Counted from the stretch's first letter, positions 50,215 to 59,404 are shown. The stretch is DNA of 64,000 nucleotides from Sulfuricurvum sp. (GCF_028713855.1 NZ_JAQTNN010000016.1:215-64214); one strand, 5' to 3'. Notes: a model not told the origin generated them from the sequence alone. Numbers and translations are program-made.

Positions 50215-52179
50215 TTATGAAAGAGAACCGTATTTCTCCTCATATTCCCGAATCCGAGCTAACACTTCATTCACACTTTCAGTGAGTTCGCTACCCATCT
50301 TTTTGTATTCCTCATCCTCTCCCATAAGGCTCATAAGTGCATACCAAATTGGTTTGTAGATGTCTTTAAAGCCGTATTCTTCCATTTCAAAGAATTTTTT
50401 GGCTTGATAGTATTGACCTTTGGCGATCAATAAAATTAAGTAATCTTGAATATTTAGATCATGTTCTTGTTTTTTGGAGCTACACCATTCAATAAATTCA
50501 ATATAACTTTCTTCAAATCTTTCACATTTTAACTTCATTAGTGCCAATGAGTAATAACCATTAGGTAACATGGTGTTATGAATATCAAACATTTCATCAT
50601 AATTTGTTTTTGAATATCGCTGAATAATTTTATCTTGCGCCATGTGCAATTCATCAATTGCATCTTCTGCCTCCAATCGTTTAATTATAATATCAAGAAT
50701 TTCACCTATGTCTTGTTTGTTTTTAATTTTGAGTAGATTTTTTTTAGCTTGGTCAGTATTTTGTTCTCTAATTCCTTTTATTCCAGATAATAATAAATCC
50801 AAATCAGATTCACTTAATTCCTCAGCAAGATCTGATTTTATTGATAATAAATATTCCATAGTTTTTGACTTTAACTTATGTTCCATATCTACACCTATAC
50901 CTGCATGACTTAACGCTTCCGCCATATGATACGCATGATTTGGACTCACTTCAGTTGTTTGCAACGAATCGATAAGTCTTTTTGCCCTCTCCTCCAACTC
51001 CTCTTTCGAATACCACGATTCCAAAAACTTCACGAGCCATTCAACCCGCTGTCGGTCTTTTTTCCGTCCGTAACGCATCAGATACCAGATGTTAAAAAAT
51101 CGTTCCTTGATCTTGTAAATCTTGTTTTTCCCGATCGATTCGGATTCGACGATCTCGTATTTTTCTAGCTGTTTGAGCTGTGAGGAGATCGCTTTGCTCT
51201 CCAGTTTCGTTTTTTTCGCCACTTCACGGGTGAACATCCCATCCCAGTTCATTGCGATTGTATGGACGATCTCCTGCAACTGCGGAGGCAAATCATCCAT
51301 ACGGTGTTTATAGAGCGGTGTTACCTCATCGAGAATTTTGAGCAAATCATCAAAGGCATTTCCCCCATCATCCATCAAAATATCAAAAAGCATTACAAGT
51401 GTTCGCGGCACCCCGCCCGTCAATCGTCGCAATGTTTCAATCCGCGCAGGATTGGTTCGAATCAAAGTTTCTATCTGCTCTTTTTGATCTTCTTTGGCAA
51501 TAGCACGGAGAAAGGTGTGGGCTTCGGATTCATTGAACCCGCGCAGTTTGATAATCTTGAAAAACTGGTAAAACGGTTTATCGTATTTGTGGTGCTGTTC
51601 GAGCATATCGGTGGAGCCACCGATGATACGAATCGACGAAGAACTGAGCAAAATTTCGCGTAATCTACGTTGTTCTTTGATGCTTAGTTTACCGATCAAC
51701 TCATCGATGTTATCGATCAGCAATAGTAATTTTTTCTCCGATTGGATAACGGTGTTTTCAAAGAGGGAGAAACTTTTCAGCTCATAATCATCATCCTCAA
51801 AATGCCCTTCCATCTTATCCAGTATATCAGGGAAACTATCGGGATAGATACTTTGTAGATAATCGGCAACCTCTTCCCACAGTCGGCTAAGGGAGCGGAT
51901 TTGATACTGCTCTTCGGAAAATTTGACGGGTACAATACGCTCCGAGAGGTCAGGAGAGTTTTTCACCTCAAGCAACACCTTTCGCAATAACGTCGTTTTT
52001 CCCTGCCCACGTTGACCGATGATAATATAGTGTTGTTGCGGTACCGTATGGTTGGCTGATTTTATATCTTCAAATATTTCATTAAATATGTCCGTGCGAA
52101 CGACGAAGCGCGATAGGAACTCTCGCTCTTCCATCTCATCAGGGGTGTATTTGTAGCGTGAGTAATTAGTTAGCGACAT
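50215..52179 (-). CDS. STAND-like P-loop ATPase with winged HTH and helical C-terminus (654 aa)
   Basis: Walker A GQRGQGKTT, Walker B LLLIDNID, TGGVPR, HTH-like TREVAKKTKLESKAISSQLKQL; start set at MSLTNY, overlapping the upstream gene. Confidence 0.8.
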   Translation of the reverse strand: MSLTNYSRYKYTPDEMEEREFLSRFVVRTDIFNEIFEDIKSANHTVPQQHYIIIGQRGQGKTTLLRKVLLEVKNSPDLSERIVPVKFSEEQYQIRSLSRLWEEVADYLQSIYPDSFPDILDKMEGHFEDDDYELKSFSLFENTVIQSEKKLLLLIDNIDELIGKLSIKEQRRLREILLSSSSIRIIGGSTDMLEQHHKYDKPFYQFFKIIKLRGFNESEAHTFLRAIAKEDQKEQIETLIRTNPARIETLRRLTGGVPRTLVMLFDILMDDGGNAFDDLLKILDEVTPLYKHRMDDLPPQLQEIVHTIAMNWDGMFTREVAKKTKLESKAISSQLKQLEKYEIVESESIGKNKIYKIKERFFNIWYLMRYGRKKDRQRVEWLVKFLESWYSKEELEERAKRLIDSLQTTEVSPNHAYHMAEALSHAGIGVDMEHKLKSKTMEYLLSIKSDLAEELSESDLDLLLSGIKGIREQNTDQAKKNLLKIKNKQDIGEILDIIIKRLEAEDAIDELHMAQDKIIQRYSKTNYDEMFDIHNTMLPNGYYSLALMKLKCERFEESYIEFIEWCSSKKQEHDLNIQDYLILLIAKGQYYQAKKFFEMEEYGFKDIYKPIWYALMSLMGEDEEYKKMGSELTESVNEVLARIREYEEKYGSLS

Positions 52180-53320
52180 TGTTATACCACCACATACGCA
52201 AAATCGGGGAATTAAAACGGTATATATTTGGATCGTCACTGTTATTGATATAGCCATCATAGACGAGAGTATGGACAATCTCTTTAGCTATGTCATGATC
52301 CAAATTATGTTTTGAAATCAGGTTCGTAATCGATGATGATTTGATCGTATGTTTGTCAGATATAACATTCAAAATCTCTTTTGCGAAGTTGTATCCTGTC
52401 GGTTCAAATGCCTCTTTGAGCTTGCTTTTCCAGTGTTCAAAGTGATTCTTATGTTGAAGTGCCGCAGTAATGGCACAGTCAATATTCTCATTTGTAAGTG
52501 ATTCTTTGCTAATTGCTTTCGCCTCTTGTAGAACAAGCTGAATATAAAAAGGGATCAACCACTCAATTTTCTCTAATAAATACGTAATCGCTTCATTATC
52601 CACTTCTATCTCTTTACATAAAGCGCGAGTAAATACAAAAGCATCCTCAAACACCAAAGGAGGTATTTTTATACTGTTTAGATCATTAATCGATTTTGTT
52701 GCACCGATTCTCGCAACCACACTTTCCAATCCGATGGAACCTGCATATATAAACGTTACTTTTTCCAATATTTTAGGATTTTGTCGCAAGCTCCGTGCAG
52801 TTCGTAAAAATGATTCGGCTTGCTCCTTACTCTGATATTTAATGATATTCTCTACCGCTTGGGCAAATTCATCCACCATGATGATGAGCTTTTTTTCTAT
52901 CTGCAATTCTGTTACAAATTTTTCAAATGCTGCTGCATAATCCAATGTTTCCCCATCACCGAATTCGATTCCCGATGTCGAAACTTTTTTTACTTTCCCC
53001 GCTAATTCGCGTAGTGAAGCTGCCAATTTTGCGGCATAACGGTGCGTTTGAGAGATAAATGTTTCACTCGTTAGTGTATTAAATAGTTTGTGCCAAAATT
53101 CATGCTCATTATCCGCCGATTCAACATCCACAAACGCGACAACATACCCATTACGTGGTTCATCGTACATTTTGTACATGACAGAAGTTTTACCGACACG
53201 TCTCGGAGCCGCTATCAAAATGTGCCCGCCTGAGTCCACTGAATCCCAAATACGGTTTATCTCCGTATCTCTCGCCCAAAATTGATCTGCACGCGCTACT
53301 TGTCCAACACATAATTGCAT
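52166..53320 (-). CDS. STAND-like P-loop ATPase (384 aa) with C-terminal winged HTH
   Basis: Walker A APRRVGKTS, Walker B IIMVDEF, GSIGL, PFYIQ, FNSPILRMWW. Confidence 0.82.
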   Translation of the reverse strand: MQLCVGQVARADQFWARDTEINRIWDSVDSGGHILIAAPRRVGKTSVMYKMYDEPRNGYVVAFVDVESADNEHEFWHKLFNTLTSETFISQTHRYAAKLAASLRELAGKVKKVSTSGIEFGDGETLDYAAAFEKFVTELQIEKKLIIMVDEFAQAVENIIKYQSKEQAESFLRTARSLRQNPKILEKVTFIYAGSIGLESVVARIGATKSINDLNSIKIPPLVFEDAFVFTRALCKEIEVDNEAITYLLEKIEWLIPFYIQLVLQEAKAISKESLTNENIDCAITAALQHKNHFEHWKSKLKEAFEPTGYNFAKEILNVISDKHTIKSSSITNLISKHNLDHDIAKEIVHTLVYDGYINNSDDPNIYRFNSPILRMWWYNNVAN

Positions 53321-53331
53321 TTCAAGTTCCT

Positions 53332-53405
53332 TGACAAAATATTTATTGTCATTCTATCTGACAAAATATTTATTGTCAATGATTCTGACAAGATATTTAT
53401 TGTCA
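53332..53405. repeat. Three 20-bp palindromic repeats TGACAA(A/G)ATATTTATTGTCA, 27-bp period, distinct 7-nt spacers
   Basis: 53332-53351, 53359-53378, 53386-53405. Confidence 0.95.
53351..53379 (-). promoter_or_regulatory. Sigma70-type promoter for the ATPase pair
   Basis: Minus strand TTGACA (53379-74) - 17 nt - TAGAAT (53356-51). Confidence 0.65.
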
Positions 53406-53451
53406 TATCTAATAAGAAGAAAATATTAGGAGAAAAAAGATACACTCTCTT

Positions 53452-56283
53452 ATGGCAAAGAAAAAGAAAAAAATGATAAAACTCAACCAATCCATCCGCC
53501 ATTTTTTCGGCGATGAAGGATTTGACGAGGGGATTGAGCGGGTTTCGACCGAATCGCTGATCGCCCTCGCCCATACACTGGGAATATTTAACGGTACTAC
53601 TGATAAAGCGGCCCTGATTAAAAACTTCCGCCGTTTGTGGTCGGAGGGGGAGACCGACAACCGCGAGATGATCGTCGCCTTTTTCAAAAATGAGGGGAAA
53701 ATCTACCCCAACCCCAAACCCAAAGAAAAACCCCATGAGCGAGAAGACAAGATTGATGAGCTGTTGGAAGCCTTTGAAATCACCGAAGCCGAACGACGTG
53801 ATTTGCACGCTTCGTTTATCGATATACGCACCCGTAAAATCACCCCAGAGAAAATAGCGTCGAAGCTAGAGCACATCCGCTATACCAAAAAACGCGAATC
53901 CCTTGAGAAAGCGTTAGAGGGGAAATTCAACTATGATGATACGATGGAGTATTACGCTCCGATCACCTACCGTATCGACAGTGAAACATTTACTAAAATC
54001 CATGTCCTCAAAACAGCACCGCTGAATGAAAAACGGCTCCATGAAGAGAGTGTAGAGACATTGGTACCTGAGATCACCGAACTAAAGTCAGCACTAACAA
54101 CACTAAAACAAGAACAAACCGATCTGTTTTTATCGTCTATCAATCTCACCAATCATCGCTACTTGACCAAAGAACAAATCATATCTGCACTCAAAAGCGC
54201 CCCGCCATCGACCCAAACCTACGGGACGCTCAACATTACTATTTTACGCGACGTATTAGCACACCATTTACACACGCCGCTGATCTCTGTCGGAACCGAT
54301 GATTTAATCATCGAAATCGAGAAACAACTTCTGCTTCCTCATCGTAATATACCGCTCGAATATACCCTCTCTCTCCATTTGGATGCACAGGAATTGAGCC
54401 GACAAATCTGGAACGAAGAAGAGCTCACTATCACTACGATGGTAGAAGAACAAAGCACCCATGAAGAGAGGGCTTTTTTAGTTGAGTTAGAACATTTAGT
54501 CCATGAGTGCCGTGAGCGTTCCAAACTGCTCGAAATGAGTGAAGAGCTTCTTTACGGTGTTGTTTATGAACTTCTCCTTCCCTATCTCACCCTTACCCCT
54601 CACATCAGTTCTAAAACAACTCGACGGGTTCTATTTGCTTTTGATCAACGCAATGCGAATGAACTGCTCAAACGTCAGCGCCAAGCGTTGTTAGCGCGAA
54701 CCGTACGTGATTTTAAAAATCTTTTTCCCCTTGCGCGCTCCCTCCGCCGCCGCCTTATTTTTCATACGGGACCCACGAACAGCGGTAAAACCTATACGGC
54801 ATTTCAACAGCTTAAAAAAGCGGGGACAGGATACTATCTTGCCCCTCTGCGTTTGTTGGCGTTAGAAGGGTATGAGACTCTTCGGGATGATGGGGTCAGT
54901 GCATCCCTCATTACCGGAGAAGAGCAGCTGCTTGATGAGGATGCAACCCATATCAGTTCTACCATCGAGATGTTGAGCTTCGAAGTCGAAGTCGATTGCT
55001 GTGTCATCGATGAGGTACAAATGATCGATGACCGCGACCGGGGATGGGCGTGGGCAAATGCTATTATCGGTGCTCCGGCTAAAACGGTGATTATGACGGG
55101 TTCCCCCAATGCCCGTGAGGCGATTATCGCATTAGCCGAATACTTGGGTGAGCCGTTGGAGATTGTCGAATTTGAGCGGAAAAATCCCCTCGAACTTCTC
55201 AAATCACCGACGTCCATCGATGCAATTGAGCCTAAAACCGCCGTTATCGCCTTTACCCGTTCCAATGCCCTGCGGCTGAAACAACAACTTTCCAAAACGT
55301 ACCGTACCAGTGTCATCTACGGCAATCTGAGTCCGGAAGTACGCCGTGAAGAAGCACGCCGTTTCCGTGAGGGGGAGACCGATATTCTCGTCGCCACCGA
55401 CGCGATCAGCATGGGTCTGAACCTCCCGATCAAAACCCTGTTGTTTTCCAAAGCGGACAAATTCGACGGGCAAAACCAACGCAATCTCACCGCGACCGAA
55501 GTACGACAGATTTCAGGGCGCGCTGGACGATACGGGTTGAGTGAAAAAGGGTATGTCGGAGCACTAACAGGTGATGTGCTCAAAACCGTTACCAATCTCT
55601 TTACTAAACAAATCGAACCAATCGCATTGCCGTTTAACGTCATGGCAAACTTCGATCATATCATGCTTGTTTCCACTATTTTGGAAGAAAAATCTCTCTC
55701 AAATATCGTCGATTTTTTCGTTGAAAATATGAAGTTCGAAGGCCCTTTCCGTGCGGCCAATCTCGAATCGATGCAGGAAGCCTCCGCCATCGTCGATCAT
55801 TACGATCTCGATATGCGAACCAAATACACCCTTGCTACGGCACCGCTCTCCACCTCATCGCCGCTTGTGATGGCGGCATTCGAGCGCTATGTACGTGCAT
55901 TAGAGCAGAAAAAACCGATTGCCTACATCCCGCCGCAACGGTTAGGAAATTATGCCCTCTCAATGGAAGAGCTCCAAGAAGCGGAAGATCGGATCAAAGA
56001 GATCAGTCTCTATCTGTGGCTATCGTATCGAATGGGGGAATATTTCGTGGATGCAGAAAAAGCACGAGCGTTTCGGGGGGAACTGAACCGTTTTATCGAG
56101 AACTCGCTTCAGCAAAGCCATTTTGTCCCACGATGCAAAACATGCGGAAAACCGTTAGCACCTAACGCTGAGTTTGCCATCTGTCAGAGTTGTTTTCACA
56201 ATCTAAATCGTGCAAAAGCACATACGACAGCTCCCACTAAATTTCAGCCAAAAGAGAAAAGACGCTCTACTTACAGAGGCTGA
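53452..56283 (+). CDS. SUV3-like SF2 RNA helicase with long N-terminal extension and C-terminal Zn ribbon
   Basis: HTGPTNSGKT, APLRLLA, IDEVQM, RGWAW, ATDAISMGLNL, QISGRAGRY, CKTC..CQSC. Confidence 0.88.
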   Translation: MAKKKKKMIKLNQSIRHFFGDEGFDEGIERVSTESLIALAHTLGIFNGTTDKAALIKNFRRLWSEGETDNREMIVAFFKNEGKIYPNPKPKEKPHEREDKIDELLEAFEITEAERRDLHASFIDIRTRKITPEKIASKLEHIRYTKKRESLEKALEGKFNYDDTMEYYAPITYRIDSETFTKIHVLKTAPLNEKRLHEESVETLVPEITELKSALTTLKQEQTDLFLSSINLTNHRYLTKEQIISALKSAPPSTQTYGTLNITILRDVLAHHLHTPLISVGTDDLIIEIEKQLLLPHRNIPLEYTLSLHLDAQELSRQIWNEEELTITTMVEEQSTHEERAFLVELEHLVHECRERSKLLEMSEELLYGVVYELLLPYLTLTPHISSKTTRRVLFAFDQRNANELLKRQRQALLARTVRDFKNLFPLARSLRRRLIFHTGPTNSGKTYTAFQQLKKAGTGYYLAPLRLLALEGYETLRDDGVSASLITGEEQLLDEDATHISSTIEMLSFEVEVDCCVIDEVQMIDDRDRGWAWANAIIGAPAKTVIMTGSPNAREAIIALAEYLGEPLEIVEFERKNPLELLKSPTSIDAIEPKTAVIAFTRSNALRLKQQLSKTYRTSVIYGNLSPEVRREEARRFREGETDILVATDAISMGLNLPIKTLLFSKADKFDGQNQRNLTATEVRQISGRAGRYGLSEKGYVGALTGDVLKTVTNLFTKQIEPIALPFNVMANFDHIMLVSTILEEKSLSNIVDFFVENMKFEGPFRAANLESMQEASAIVDHYDLDMRTKYTLATAPLSTSSPLVMAAFERYVRALEQKKPIAYIPPQRLGNYALSMEELQEAEDRIKEISLYLWLSYRMGEYFVDAEKARAFRGELNRFIENSLQQSHFVPRCKTCGKPLAPNAEFAICQSCFHNLNRAKAHTTAPTKFQPKEKRRSTYRG

Positions 56284-57260
56284 TCGCTCCTCTGCATCTG
56301 GATGAATGCATCAACTATATACATATCCAAGTGGTGTTTCATGGTCTCTTTCATCAAATGAAGTGCCTCGAACGAACTCAACCGCTCTTTATAGGGACGC
56401 TTTGTCGATAGTGCATCAAATACATCACACACCCCTATAATTCGAGCGAAAATAGTGACTTCTTCTTCTCTTAATCCATCCGGATAACCGCTTCCGTCGA
56501 GTTTTTCATGATGATGGCGTATTCCATCAAGAACCCGCTCATCATGAATTCCGATTTTCATTGCAATCGTATATCCATAGGAAGGATGATGTTTCATTTG
56601 TTCATATTCATCATGCGTCAATAACCCATTTTTGTTGGTTATAGCATGATCGACTTTGCTTTTTCCTAAATCGTGCAATAATGCAGACATCCCAAGCTCT
56701 TCAAGCTCATTAGCATTTAGTCTCAAATATGACCCTAAACTAAGCGCATAGACGCAGACATTGATCGAATGGGTATGGGTATAATAATCATACGATGTAA
56801 TTTTTATCAATGACTCAATCGCATGGGTATCACTAAAAATTGTATCAACGAATTGGTTAACCACTTTCTTCGATTTGGGAACATTTTCAAGGGCTTCAGG
56901 ATCATCAAACATCTCATTAAGGATAATAGAGGCCTGCCGATAGATAACAGCTGCTTTTTTTGTAATAGCAATATGGGTGTTTTGAGATACAGCTTGAACA
57001 ATAAAGTCGATAAATTGATTGTAAATCGGCTCATCTTCTTGACAGATATAGAGGGCTTCGAGCTGATCCATCTTCTTTTTAATCTCATCGTGCAACGGTT
57101 TATTTTTAGGAAGAAAAAGCTCCTTTTCGCCGCGAGTTCCTACTGATTCATACAAATTACATTCTATTACATCACCGACGTCAAGAAGCCATTTTTCGAT
57201 TTTGACATAAATCTGTGTCTCTTCTAAAGGAATAGCATGAAAAATACGGATTCGCTTCAC
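56271..57260 (-). CDS. HD-GYP domain phosphodiesterase
   Basis: THSINV, LLHDLGK, HHEKLDGSGYP, CDVFDALSTKRPYK. Confidence 0.9.
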   Translation of the reverse strand: MKRIRIFHAIPLEETQIYVKIEKWLLDVGDVIECNLYESVGTRGEKELFLPKNKPLHDEIKKKMDQLEALYICQEDEPIYNQFIDFIVQAVSQNTHIAITKKAAVIYRQASIILNEMFDDPEALENVPKSKKVVNQFVDTIFSDTHAIESLIKITSYDYYTHTHSINVCVYALSLGSYLRLNANELEELGMSALLHDLGKSKVDHAITNKNGLLTHDEYEQMKHHPSYGYTIAMKIGIHDERVLDGIRHHHEKLDGSGYPDGLREEEVTIFARIIGVCDVFDALSTKRPYKERLSSFEALHLMKETMKHHLDMYIVDAFIQMQRSDQPL

Positions 57261-57272
57261 CGTCTTTACATC

Positions 57273-57884
57273 CTATGTCAATAATTCTGAATAATCATAC
57301 TGCGAAGGATTTAAAAAAATCTTTCCTTCACGGACACTAAGGCGTTCGTCACCTTCTTCTGCAACCGATTCAAAGCGGTTTTTTATTTTTTTCTTCTCTT
57401 TGTCTTTGATCCGCTTCAGTTTTAAAAACGATTTCAATGAAATCCACTCTTCGATAACGGTATCCACAACATCCGCATTAATTGCTTCCTGCATCACCGC
57501 TTCTTCATTCGCATGGGAGAGAAATTTCGTCGCAACAACATGCAAAACGCTTCTTAGCTGCGCATCACGCTCTTTATAAATCTGTTCGACTTTGATCCGC
57601 TCGTCAATCAACATTTGCTCACGCTGATCGCGCAAACGGGTTGTCTCTTTCTCAAGGCACTCTACCTTGTCACGTAACCGAACATTTTCTTCTTCGATGT
57701 ACTGCGTATAACGGTTATCACTCACGAGGTTAGTCACTGCGTTATTCTTTGCCGCTTCTACCGCAACATATTTCACCCCGTTTTCGACAATACAATTCAA
57801 ACTGCCGCGACGGATACGATTATGAATCGCCTCTTTGGATACGTTGAAATACTCTGCCGCATCGGCTATCGTCATTTTTTTCAT
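57273..57884 (-). CDS. HTH (excisionase/MerR-like) plus coiled-coil protein
   Basis: TIADAAEYFNVSKEAIHNRIRRG; coiled coil EENVRLRDKVECLEKETTRL. Confidence 0.75.
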   Translation of the reverse strand: MKKMTIADAAEYFNVSKEAIHNRIRRGSLNCIVENGVKYVAVEAAKNNAVTNLVSDNRYTQYIEEENVRLRDKVECLEKETTRLRDQREQMLIDERIKVEQIYKERDAQLRSVLHVVATKFLSHANEEAVMQEAINADVVDTVIEEWISLKSFLKLKRIKDKEKKKIKNRFESVAEEGDERLSVREGKIFLNPSQYDYSELLT

Positions 57885-58834
57885 GATTTTCCTTGTTTGT
57901 GTAACATTCGGATAAATGCATCTACCATATTCATATCCAAATGCCCGACCATCTGCTGTTTCATTAGTCGAAGCGAATCAAAAGAACTCATCGGATCTTT
58001 ATACGAGCGCTTTGTGGAGAGAGCATCAAACACATCGCATGTCCCTATAATACGGGCAAACTGACTGATTTGATCTCCTGTGAGATTATCAGGATAACCA
58101 CCGCCGACAATCTTTTCGTGGTGATGACGAATCCCACTCAAAATTCGCTCATCACTAATACCCAGTTTTAATGCGATCTCATGTCCAAGGGCAGGATGGA
58201 GTTTCATTTGCGTAAACTCCTCATCACTGAGTTTCCCATTTTTATTGATAATCTCATAATCAATTTTGCTTTTTCCCAGATCATGTAAAATCGCCGCCAT
58301 CCCCAACACCTCCAGATCTTTCCCCGCTATCCCAAGATAGGAACCCAGACTAAGAGTGTAGATACTGACATTGATAGAGTGGGTGTGAGTATAGTAATCG
58401 TGCGCCGTAATCTTCATCAGAGACTCTACCGCACTGTTGTCCTGTAAAATGATGTCGATTAAATTATTGACAATCGGCTGAGCATTTTTGACATTTTCGA
58501 GCGATTCCGGATCTTTAAACATCGCGTCAACCGCTTCGCTCGCTTTTGCATAAACCAAACGCGCTTTCTCTTCTGTGGGGATATCACTGTTTTTGGCAAT
58601 ACTTTGAAGGTGTTGAGCAACATACTCGTTATAACGCTCTTCATCTTCTTCGCTCACATAAAGTGTCTCAATCTCACGAAGCTTTACTTTCGCATTACCG
58701 TCCACCGCAGTATCGCTTTGGAGGAAAAGGCTCATAGCACTTTTAGCTTCATTGGGCAAAAAAAGGTTAAAGTTAATCTCAGACCCCTCAGTTATGAGCC
58801 GTTTATCGATCGCTTTATACCGTTTTTTGCTCAC
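57881..58834 (-). CDS. HD-GYP domain protein (variant motifs)
   Basis: THSINV, ILHDLGK, HHEKIVGGGYP, CDVFDALSTKRSYK; GTG start. Confidence 0.88.
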   Translation of the reverse strand: MSKKRYKAIDKRLITEGSEINFNLFLPNEAKSAMSLFLQSDTAVDGNAKVKLREIETLYVSEEDEERYNEYVAQHLQSIAKNSDIPTEEKARLVYAKASEAVDAMFKDPESLENVKNAQPIVNNLIDIILQDNSAVESLMKITAHDYYTHTHSINVSIYTLSLGSYLGIAGKDLEVLGMAAILHDLGKSKIDYEIINKNGKLSDEEFTQMKLHPALGHEIALKLGISDERILSGIRHHHEKIVGGGYPDNLTGDQISQFARIIGTCDVFDALSTKRSYKDPMSSFDSLRLMKQQMVGHLDMNMVDAFIRMLHKQGKS

Positions 58835-58843
58835 TTGAGACCC

Positions 58844-59341
58844 TTAGCGGAAATTTTCAAATACGAGAGGAGCATCCCACTCAAGCGATTTAATGTGAGC
58901 CATAATCTTTTGAAGCTCATCAATCTGTTTGGATTTCACACGGATGTAATCACCCTCAATCGCCGCGCTTGCTTTTGTTTTGAGATTTTTAATCTCTGCC
59001 ATAATCTTTTTGGCTTCTTTGGACTCGATGCTATCCACGATTTTATAGGTCGCTTTTCGTGCTCCCCCGCTTGCATCCTCGGTTTTTAATTCTTCGAGTG
59101 CTTTGGAAGAGAGCCCTCGTTTAATAAGTCGTGCAATGACAATATCTTTGAGAGCATCGAGTTTGTTATCGCTTGAAGCGAGGAGGATAAGCTGTTTCTC
59201 TTTTTCACGGTAGTTGATTTCGTAGGTAATCCCTTTAAAATCATAACGACCGATTGCCTCTTTTTCAGCTTGGGCAATCGCATCTTTGAATGCTTGGAGA
59301 TCAATTTTTGCGGAGATATCGAGAGAGTGTTCTGATGCCAT
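58844..59341 (-). CDS. yajQ: YajQ family nucleotide-binding protein
   Basis: EHSLDISAKID, RYDFKG, IEGDYIRVKSK..DELQ, FENFR. Confidence 0.93.
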   Translation of the reverse strand: MASEHSLDISAKIDLQAFKDAIAQAEKEAIGRYDFKGITYEINYREKEKQLILLASSDNKLDALKDIVIARLIKRGLSSKALEELKTEDASGGARKATYKIVDSIESKEAKKIMAEIKNLKTKASAAIEGDYIRVKSKQIDELQKIMAHIKSLEWDAPLVFENFR

Positions 59342-59349
59342 ACTAATTC

Positions 59350-59379
59350 CTAACTGTTTTATAACAGTTAGTATAACAC
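59350..59379 (-). promoter_or_regulatory. Extended -10 and perfect palindrome (candidate operator) upstream of yajQ
   Basis: CTAACTGTT-TTAT-AACAGTTAG at 59350-59371; minus-strand TGtTATACT. Confidence 0.55.
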
Positions 59380-59382
59380 ACT

Positions 59383-59402
59383 AAAACCTTAATGTTTTAA
59401 GG
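59383..59402 (-). terminator. Intrinsic terminator after the Fe-S subunit gene
   Basis: Minus strand ccttaa-aaca-ttaagg-tttt. Confidence 0.55.
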
Positions 59403-59404
59403 GG

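Noticed and set aside
52179-52278. N-terminal extensions given by the ORF track (ATPase 2, dapF, tsaD, fliK, frdA, frdB, and ORFs starting at 4660 and 28020)
   Set aside because: They overlap neighbouring genes or promoters; downstream starts have RBS or coupling support.
53332-53405. CRISPR mini-array interpretation of the triple repeat
   Set aside because: Spacers are only 7 nt, there is no leader, and there are no cas genes.
53321-53412. Tn7/CAST-like transposon end (TGACAAAATA and TGACAATAAA resemble TnsB sites from memory)
   Set aside because: No terminal TGT at the expected offset, no matching second end or tns genes in the window, and the units are full palindromes. Kept only as an alternative explanation.
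53296-53808. 170-aa minus-strand ORF whose C-terminus repeats MTINILS three times
   Set aside because: The repeat is just the translation of the operator array, and the rest is antisense to the helicase.
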